Assembly (NCBI GenBank): GCA_963803585.1
Contig: CAWDNB010000003.1
Coordinates: 12,007 to 76,006, forward strand
Source of the DNA: an uncultured Alphaproteobacteria bacterium
GTDB taxonomy: Bacteria > Pseudomonadota > Alphaproteobacteria > Sphingomonadales > Sphingomonadaceae
Length of the DNA: 64,000 bases
Reading direction: 5' to 3'
The translations under genes were made by a program, and so were the position numbers. Positions 57,193 to 64,000 of the stretch are shown one piece after another; within the stretch, counting starts at the first letter, position 1; each line of letters starts with the position of its first letter. The notes beneath the pieces were generated by a model that saw only the letters and a list, made by a program, of their open reading frames with translations, made no database searches and was not told the DNA's origin.

Positions 57193-60100
57193 ATGCCTGA
57201 TCCTTCGCTCACCCCACCCAAACCGATCTTGGAGCGGACCGGCGATTTCGCGCCGAACCCGCCTGCGCCCTATGTCGAATTGGGGCTGGTCAGTGCGTTT
57301 TCGTTTCTGCGCGGCGCATCGCAGGCCAAGCAGTTCATCGAAACCGCTTTCGATCTGGGTTATCATGCGCTGGGCATCGCCGATCACAATACCATGGCCG
57401 GCGTGGTGCAGCATCATGCCAATGCGAAAGTCGCCAAGATCCGTCCGGTCATCGGGTGCCGCCTGGATTTGCTGGAGGGGCATTCCTTCCTTGCCTATCC
57501 GGTCGATCGTGCCGCGTATGGCCGCCTCTGCGCGCTGTTGTCGCAAGGCAAGATGCAGACGGTGGACGGTGCGTGGCAGGATAAGGGCGAATGCCATCTG
57601 ACGCTGGAAATGCTGGCCCGGCATAGCGAAGGCGTGCAGCTGATTGCCCTGCCCTGTGAAAACACCGCCATTTTCGCGCGGCAATTGCCGGCCCTGGTCG
57701 AAAAGCTTCCCAGCCTTCGCCATATTGCCGCAGCGTTTCTCTATCGGGGCGACGACCGTGCCCGAATCACCCGGTTGAACAAACTTGCCCGCACCAACGG
57801 CCTGTCCATCCTGGCCACCAACGATGTGCATTACCACACGCCCGATCGCCGCCCCTTGCAGGATATCATGACCTGTATTCGGGAGAAGACGACCATCGCC
57901 GAAGCCGGCTATCTGCTGGATGCCAATGCCGAACGCTACCTTAAAAGCCCCGCTGAAATGGAGCGTCTGTTCGCCCCCTGGCCCCATGCCATCGCCGCCA
58001 CCCGCAATGTGGCCGATGCCTGCCGGTTTTCGCTGCTGGAACTGCAATATGAATATCCCGAAGAAACCGTTCCGGGCGGGCGAACGGCGCAGGATTATCT
58101 GGAACAGGTGGCCTGGGAAGGGGCGGCGCGGCGTTACGGCAGCGGCGTTCCCGACAAGGTGCGTGCCCTGATCGAACGCGAACTGGTGCTGATCGGCAAG
58201 ATGAACATCGCCCGCTATTTCCTGACCATCAAGGATATCGTCGATTTCGCGCGCGGCTGCGATCCGCCCATTCTGTGCCAGGGGCGCGGATCGGCCGCCA
58301 ACAGTGCGGTCTGCTATTGTCTGGGCATTACGTCGGTCGATCCCGCCCAGGTCGAACTTCTGTTCGAACGGTTCATATCGGAAGAACGCAAGGAACCGCC
58401 CGATATCGATGTCGATTTCGAACATGAACGGCGCGAGGAGGTGATCCAGCATATCTATGCCAAATACGGTCGCCAGCGCGCCGGATTATGCGCCACGGTT
58501 ATCCATTACCGTCCGCGCAGTGCCATTCGCGAAGTGGGCAAGGCGATGGGCCTGTCCGAAGATGTGACCGCCACCATCGCGCGCACTATCTGGGGCAGCT
58601 GGGGTAGCGAGATGGATGGCGACCGGGTGGCCCGCGAAACCGGGCTGGACATGGCCGACCCGTATCTCAAACGCGCGGTGATGCTGGCGGACCAGATGAT
58701 CGGGATGCCGCGCCATCTGTCGCAACATGTGGGCGGTTTCATCCTGACACAGGGGCCGCTGACGCACACCGTCCCGATCGGCAACGGCGCCATGCCCGAA
58801 CGCAGTTTCATCGAATGGGACAAGGACGATATCGACGAACTGCGTATCATGAAAGTCGATGTGCTGGCGCTGGGGATGCTGACCTGTATCCGCAAAAGCT
58901 TCGATCTGATCGCGGCGCATCACGGCAAACGGTTCACGCTGGCCACAGTCCCGCAGGAAGAACCGGCGGTCTACGATATGCTGTGCAAGGGCGATTCCAT
59001 CGGTGTGTTCCAGGTGGAAAGCCGCGCGCAGATGAACATGCTGCCGAAACTCAAGCCGCGCCGATATTACGATCTGGTGATCGAAGTGGCGATTGTGCGC
59101 CCCGGCCCGATCCAGGGTGATATGGTGCACCCCTATCTCAAACGGCGGCAGGGGCGGGAAAAGGATGAATATCCCTCTCCCGGTCCGCAGCACGATCCCG
59201 ACGAGCTCAGAAATATTCTGGGGCGCACGCTGGGGGTGCCGATCTTCCAGGAACAGGCGATGAAGATCGCCCTGGTCGCTGCGGAATTCACCCCGCAAGA
59301 AGCGAACCGGCTGCGCAAGGCGATGGCGACGTTTCGCAGCAAGCGGGAAGTGTCCGAACACAAGGGCCGGATGGTCGAACGCATGGTGGAACGCGGCTAC
59401 GACCGGGCGTTTTCGGAACGCTGTTTCAGCCAGATCGAAGGGTTCGGGGAATATGGCTTTCCCGAAAGCCACGCCGCCAGTTTCGCCCATCTCGTGTATA
59501 TTTCCAGCTGGATCAAATGTTTCTACCCCGATGCGTTCTGCGCCGCCCTGCTCAATTCCCAGCCGATGGGGTTTTATGCGCCGGCGCAGATCGTGCGCGA
59601 TGCGCGGGAACACGGGGTGGACGTGCGCGCGCCGGATGTGAATTATTCCGCCTGGGACAATCTGCTCGAACCCGGTGCCAGGCCGGGGGTCTGGGCGGTG
59701 CGATTGGGTTTTCGCCAGATCGGCGGCTTTGCGCAGGGCGATGCGGAAGCGATCATGCGGCACCGTACCGGGCCCTATGCCGATGTGGAATCCGTGCGGG
59801 AACGCGCGCGTATCCCGGTGGCGTCGATCGAAAAACTTGCGGCGGCGGACGGGTTTCGATCGGCCGGGATCGACCGGCGACAGGCTTTGTGGGATGCACG
59901 CGCATTGAAACAGTCGCCCGATCTGCCCCTGTTCACCGTCACCGATCAACGCGACGAGGGGGCGGAAAACGGGATATCGCTACCTTCCATGCCCGAATGC
60001 GAACATGTCGTCGCCGATTATCAGACCATGCGACTGTCGCTGAAAGCGCATCCGTTCGAATTTTTGCGGACGGACTACCAAAGCCGGGGCTTCACGCCGG

Positions 60101-60507
60101 CCGCGCAATTGCGGGACAGGAAATTCAACGCGCCCGTCAAGGTTTCCGGGATCGTGCTGATCCGCCAGAAACCCGGCAGCGCCAAGGGGGTATGCTTCAT
60201 CACGCTGGAGGATGAAGGGGGCGTGATCAATCTGGTGATCTGGCCCGATGTGATGGAACGATACCGCAAGGTCATCATGGGTGCACGCATGATGGAAGTG
60301 CATGGCCGTATGCAGAAAGACGATGATGTCATTCACGTAGTGGCGCACCAGCTGATCGATGCGACGCCCAATCTTCTAGCGCTGTCGGACGACCTGCTGG
60401 AAACCAGCGTCGCACGGGCCGATCATGTGGCCAGTCCGCTGCCTGGCAGCCTCAATCACCACCCCCGCAATGCGCGGATTATCCCGTCCTCGCGGGATTT
60501 TCACTGA
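57193..60507 (+). CDS. dnaE2: error-prone DNA polymerase DnaE2
   Basis: 1104 aa. PHP domain YVELGLVSAFSFLRGASQ...GIADHNTMAGVV, and a Pol III alpha core (GRGSAANSAVCYCLGIT, DIDVDFEH, QVESRAQM). Confidence 0.95.
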   Translation: MPDPSLTPPKPILERTGDFAPNPPAPYVELGLVSAFSFLRGASQAKQFIETAFDLGYHALGIADHNTMAGVVQHHANAKVAKIRPVIGCRLDLLEGHSFLAYPVDRAAYGRLCALLSQGKMQTVDGAWQDKGECHLTLEMLARHSEGVQLIALPCENTAIFARQLPALVEKLPSLRHIAAAFLYRGDDRARITRLNKLARTNGLSILATNDVHYHTPDRRPLQDIMTCIREKTTIAEAGYLLDANAERYLKSPAEMERLFAPWPHAIAATRNVADACRFSLLELQYEYPEETVPGGRTAQDYLEQVAWEGAARRYGSGVPDKVRALIERELVLIGKMNIARYFLTIKDIVDFARGCDPPILCQGRGSAANSAVCYCLGITSVDPAQVELLFERFISEERKEPPDIDVDFEHERREEVIQHIYAKYGRQRAGLCATVIHYRPRSAIREVGKAMGLSEDVTATIARTIWGSWGSEMDGDRVARETGLDMADPYLKRAVMLADQMIGMPRHLSQHVGGFILTQGPLTHTVPIGNGAMPERSFIEWDKDDIDELRIMKVDVLALGMLTCIRKSFDLIAAHHGKRFTLATVPQEEPAVYDMLCKGDSIGVFQVESRAQMNMLPKLKPRRYYDLVIEVAIVRPGPIQGDMVHPYLKRRQGREKDEYPSPGPQHDPDELRNILGRTLGVPIFQEQAMKIALVAAEFTPQEANRLRKAMATFRSKREVSEHKGRMVERMVERGYDRAFSERCFSQIEGFGEYGFPESHAASFAHLVYISSWIKCFYPDAFCAALLNSQPMGFYAPAQIVRDAREHGVDVRAPDVNYSAWDNLLEPGARPGVWAVRLGFRQIGGFAQGDAEAIMRHRTGPYADVESVRERARIPVASIEKLAAADGFRSAGIDRRQALWDARALKQSPDLPLFTVTDQRDEGAENGISLPSMPECEHVVADYQTMRLSLKAHPFEFLRTDYQSRGFTPAAQLRDRKFNAPVKVSGIVLIRQKPGSAKGVCFITLEDEGGVINLVIWPDVMERYRKVIMGARMMEVHGRMQKDDDVIHVVAHQLIDATPNLLALSDDLLETSVARADHVASPLPGSLNHHPRNARIIPSSRDFH

Positions 60508-60982
60508 TTGGCCGCCCGCTATTGTACCGGGTCGGGTTTCGGGTGCCACCAAACCGCGTTTGCAACGTCTTTACGGACTTCGCGAAGAATGCGGATGTCT
60601 GCGACCATTTTGGCAAACCCACGTGTGGCTCCCCTCCGTCCCGAATTACCACTGCACCCATTTCGCACAGGCAACAGCGCTGCCGGAAACAATCTGACCG
60701 GACTTGTAAAGACCGGAAGGCTTAATCTGCGGATAATGACAGCCCTTATCGCGCGCACGCAAAGGGGCTTCGCTCCTAGACCGTTTGGTGCCCATGAAGA
60801 AAAAGGTGGGCGCTCAAATATTGGAAAATTTCTGTTGATTTGCCGTATTGACGACCGCATTCGTCGCTAAAGCGAATTCAGTCTATGTCCGTTTCTGGGT
60901 GGGGGAGCAGACAGTCCGCTATCTGATGTTTAGTACCAGCAAGCTGCCATCAGTCAAATGACCCATACGCTGACGCTAAAAA

Positions 60983-61138
60983 TTAACGAGCGCCACGATC
61001 ATCAGACGTTCGGCGTTCCGATTTCCGGCGGCCGTCGGTGCGACGATCAGTTCCGTCGAATGGTGCTGAAGCTTTCCGTTGGTCTACTGTTCTGCGGTCG
61101 GCCACGCTGCGGGCTACGTCTTGTTCCGGATCTTGCAT
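60983..61138 (-). CDS. hypothetical 51-aa Arg/Asp-rich peptide
   Basis: ATG 61138 with GAGGG 10 nt upstream: MQDPEQDVARSVADRRTVDQRKASAPFDGTDRRTDGRRKSERRTSDDRGAR, with repeated DRR(T) motifs. Coding status is unproven. Confidence 0.25.
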   Translation of the reverse strand: MQDPEQDVARSVADRRTVDQRKASAPFDGTDRRTDGRRKSERRTSDDRGAR

Positions 61139-61271
61139 GATGTTCAAACCCTCAAGATTGCACTGTAATAATCTAGACCATATCCCAGTGTTGTTAACAA
61201 AAAGAGCGATTTGAGGTTTGGCGCTGCCCTGCATTCCGTATCGAACATCTAGGACCTGTTGAACTGCGTGC

Positions 61272-61544
61272 TTATGCGCTCGCGGCAAACAAATGGTCGG
61301 GTGTAAGCTTCCAGTGCTCTTCCATAGCGATGACGTCCTCGCGGCTATCGGCCGAGCCAGCCAGCTGCAGAATGCTGTCCTGAACTGCGCTCATGTCAAT
61401 GTTGCGCAGTCCTATGTTGCCGCCATCTGCTGTGGTGACATAGGACTGCCAGCGATTGTAAAACCCCTCTCGGGCAGTCGCGCTGCCAACATAGAGCCAG
61501 CCTGCGTTTGGACAGGACAGGACGTAAATCCGGTCTGGTCCCCG
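61272..61544 (-). pseudogene. GIY-YIG nuclease-domain gene fragment lacking a start codon
   Basis: Own translation: RGPDRIYVLSCPNAGWLYVGSATAREGFYNRWQSYVTTADGGNIGL...HLFAASA-stop. GIY and YxGS motifs are present. An in-frame TGA lies immediately upstream, and the fragment abuts the IS3-family element. Confidence 0.45.
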
Positions 61545-61569
61545 TCAGTACCTATGGTATAAAATTGAG

Positions 61570-63050
61570 GTTGTGATTTAAGGAGGATTTGGGTCTCGTC
61601 GTAGTGACGAAGGAACGAAGATGAGACCCAAATCCTCAAAACCCAGAGCAAGTGCTGAGCGGTTAGTCAAAGACATCCGCCGTGCAACGCGTCGACACTT
61701 CTCAGCTGAAGAGAAGATTAGGATCATGCTGGAGAGCCTGCGCGGCGATGACGGCATTGCCGAGCTGTGCCGCAAGGAAGGCATTGCTCAGAGCCTGTAT
61801 TACACTTGGTCGGAAGCGAAGCTGGCCAAAGGCCAAAAAGTTGATGGAGGCTGGCAAACGCCGTTTGGCAGGCAATACTGCCCGCGTAGCAACACCAGCG
61901 ACGAAATAAAGGACCTGCAGCATCAGGCGCGCGAGCTGAAGGAATGCGTGACGGATCTGACTCTAGAGAATCGTTTGCTTTAAAAAAAAGCATGAGCGGA
62001 CGTGGGGAAGACGGGGCATGAGTTATCCCGCATCCGAGAAGCTGGAGATCATCCGCATCGTCGAGCAAGCGCGTCTGCCTACCAAGCAAACCCTTGATCG
62101 GCTCGGCGTCGCACGCTGGACATTTTACCGCTGGCATGACCGGTATCTGGAGGATGGCCCTAAAGCGCTGGAGGATCGGCCATCGGCGCCAAACGGGGTG
62201 TGGAACCGTATCCCGGCGCATACTCATGATCAGATCATCGCAGCTGGCTCTGGAACAGTCAGAACTGAGCCCGAAGGAAATGGCTGTGCGGTTCACCAAT
62301 AAGAAGCGCTACTTCGTGTCGGAAGCCATGGTTTACCGTCTGTTGAAGGCTCACGATCTGATTACCAGCTCCGCATATGTGGGGATTTAAGCAGCGGATC
62401 GCTTCCATACCCAGACGACACAGGTGAACGAGAAGTAGCAAACTGATTTTACCAACTTCAAGATCATTGCTCGGGGCTGGATCTATCTGTCCACGGTGCT
62501 CCATGATTTCTGGCGCTACATCATCGCCTGGAAGCTTTGTTCCCTCATGCGCGCCGAGAACGTCAGCGATAACGCTGGATATGGCGCTGGAAGCCTCAGC
62601 CTGCGACCAGGCAGCCGTGATGCACAAACCCAGACTGCTTAGCGACAATGGCTCGAGCTACATCGCTGGCGAGTTGGCGGAATACATCGAAGCCAAGCGC
62701 ATGAGCTATGTGCGCGGCGCGCCGTTCCATCCCCAGACGCAGGGCAAAATTGAGCGTTGACATCAGACCCTGAAGATCCGCAGCCTGCTGGAGAACTACT
62801 TCTCGGCTGGCGATCTCGAGACACAGATTGAGGCCTTCATCGAACACTATAACCACCAGCGCTATCACGAAAGCCTGAGCAACGTGACCCCTGCAGACGC
62901 CTACTTCGGTCGGGCAGAAACCATCATCAAGCAGCGAGAAAAGATCAAACGAAAGACCATCGAACCTCGGCGCTTGCAACACCACAACATAGCCGCCTAC
63001 TATCAACCAACAAGACGAAGCCGATGCTCCGCTAATTTAAGCAGCCATCA
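61570..63050 (+). mobile_element. decayed IS3-family insertion sequence (orfA and orfB both inactivated); ends approximate
   Basis: orfA is HTH_Tnp_1-like (RRHFSAEEKIRIMLESLRGDDGIAELCRKEGIAQSLYYTW) with frame shifts. An A8 tract sits at 61982-61989. orfB has an HTH plus a DDE integrase core (PRLLSDNGSSYIAGELAEYI...GAPFHPQTQGKIER / YNHQRYHESL) split over at least 4 frames. There are Trp-to-stop changes at 62436-62438 (TAG) and 62758-62760 (TGA). Confidence 0.8.
61583..61637 (+). promoter_or_regulatory. 15-bp perfect inverted repeat sequestering the transposase orfA start
   Basis: GAGGATTTGGGTCTC (61583-61597) pairs with GAGACCCAAATCCTC (61623-37). The 25-nt loop carries the GAAGGAA Shine-Dalgarno. 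The right arm covers the G of the ATG through codon 6. Confidence 0.6.
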
Positions 63051-63492
63051 GTGCCAAATGTTCTGACGACGGGCAAGCTGTTGCAAGCAAGCCTGTAGGT
63101 AAGATCATTGCTGTTGTTGACCACGGTACATAGCGTGCAACGGGGGGCGCCATGGCGAATTGATTGTGCCGCATGTTCGATTGCGCTGACAATATAAACA
63201 GCTTCGTTACGGGCAGGTATAACGATGGCCGAGTCATAGGACGCTTTGCCAAGCGATTAGCTAATATGTCGAACCGACAGATAGCCGCAGAAAGGTGTAG
63301 TATCGGATATTTTCGCAATGGTCCCCAATGGTAAACCGTTCCATAACCGAACATGCTTGGCAAAAAACGCATCGCCCCGATTGAATTCGGTGAAAGATTG
63401 GGGAAACGATCTGACTAAAAGCAAATGTTCGATCGTTCATGTCAGTCACATATTTTACGTTTGTTAAACCCACATTCGCGGACGCTGAATCG

Positions 63493-64000
63493 TTACTCCA
63501 TCAAATCAAGCACACCCTTCAGATCGACAAAGGTAAAACCAACTGAGCTATCGGCTATGCCATAGGGCAGAAACAACTTTGGTCCGCAGCGCATCGCACC
63601 GCAACTGTATACGACATTGGGTACATAGCCATCGCGCTGTTCTTCGGCCGCCGACAATATTGGCTGGCTGGTCCGGCCCAGCACGCGCGACGGATTGGAT
63701 TTGTCCAGCAACACCGCACCGATCGAATAACGCCGCATCGCCCCTACCCCATGGGTCAACACCAACCAGCCTTCGTCCAGGGCAATGGGCGGCCCGCAAT
63801 TGCCGATCTGCACCAGTTCCCAAGGATATTTCGGTTGCAGGATCTTCACGCCTTCCGACCATTCAAGCGCATCGGGACTGGTAATAAAATAAAGATTTTC
63901 CCCATCCTGCCGCGCGATCATCGCGTATTTGCCGTCGATTAATTCCGGGAACAGCGCCATACCCTTGTTCCGGGTCGCGTCTCCGCGCATCGGGACCATA
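63493..64000 (-). CDS. glycoside hydrolase family 130-like phosphorylase (5' end beyond window)
   Basis: NKGMALFPELIDGKYAMIARQDGENLYFITSPDALEW...WELVQIGNCGPPIALDEGWLVLTHGVGAMRRYSIGAVLLD...YVPNVVYSCGA...LFLPYGIADS. Confidence 0.6.
   Translation of the reverse strand, partial: MVPMRGDATRNKGMALFPELIDGKYAMIARQDGENLYFITSPDALEWSEGVKILQPKYPWELVQIGNCGPPIALDEGWLVLTHGVGAMRRYSIGAVLLDKSNPSRVLGRTSQPILSAAEEQRDGYVPNVVYSCGAMRCGPKLFLPYGIADSSVGFTFVDLKGVLDLME

Noticed and set aside
60519-60860. 113-aa minus-strand ORF and overlapping plus-strand ORFs (60508..60870, 60522..60725) just after dnaE2.
   Set aside because: There are no recognisable motifs. The ORFs are mutually overlapping in several frames, have no convincing Shine-Dalgarno, and their composition is transitional between core and islet. 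They are treated as non-coding or remnant sequence.
61541-63074. CCCCGTCAGTAC (61541-61552) and GTTCTGACGACGGG (63060-63073) as terminal inverted repeats, and TGAGGTTGTGATTTAAGG versus the right-end sequence as IS3 IRL/IRR.
   Set aside because: The matches are short and gapped, and they face outward relative to the transposase genes. I could not define convincing IS termini or target-site duplications by eye, so the IS coordinates are given as approximate.
63037-63473. Minus-strand ORFs 63037..63372 (111 aa) and 63261..63473 (70 aa, with a CVFCQAC motif) as the missing 5' half of the GIY-YIG gene or as novel genes.
   Set aside because: I could not recognise any domain. No frame connects to the GIY-YIG fragment. 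The two ORFs overlap each other in different frames, which suggests degraded sequence.

Overview
High-GC (about 65%) chromosomal segment. Gene content suggests an alphaproteobacterium, probably Sphingomonadales-like; that assignment is inferred. Positions 1-34.7 kb hold an almost complete flagellar regulon. On the minus strand: flhB-fliRQPONMLKJIHGFE plus a sigma-54 activator. Then fliC, an unrelated icd-like/LysR pair, and motBA-flgLKJIHGFEDCB on the minus strand. After that come a second MotA/ExbB-like plus MotB/ExbD-like pair, a GGDEF cyclase, flgA-flgM-flgN, and SLT-flhA-fliA. Downstream lie a NodT/MacA/MacB-type efflux operon (34.8-39.6 kb), moaE-moaD, a 7.7-kb DUF4402-type chaperone/usher-like surface-fibre locus (40.4-48.1 kb), and housekeeping genes (GST, trhO, acyl-CoA dehydrogenase, APH-like kinase, AGE-like, moaA). 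Next is a LexA-boxed imuA-imuB-dnaE2 mutagenesis cassette (54.9-60.5 kb), a low-GC islet (60.7-63.5 kb) with a decayed IS3-family element, and a partial GH130 gene. Regulatory signals read directly from the sequence are three perfect sigma-54 promoters (flgB, flgA, SLT-flhA) and a shared TAAA-N15-CCGTyCT motif upstream of fliC, flgM and the second stator-like pair. Two sequence-level peculiarities recur. At least 11 otherwise intact CDS are broken by single-base frame shifts. Many 12-15 nt tandem duplications sit inside CDS and on start/stop junctions. No rRNA, tRNA or CRISPR array was seen. The best candidate for an undescribed system is the DUF4402 fibre locus with its 1366-aa usher-like lipoprotein, followed by the ExbBD-sized stator pair next to the cyclase.
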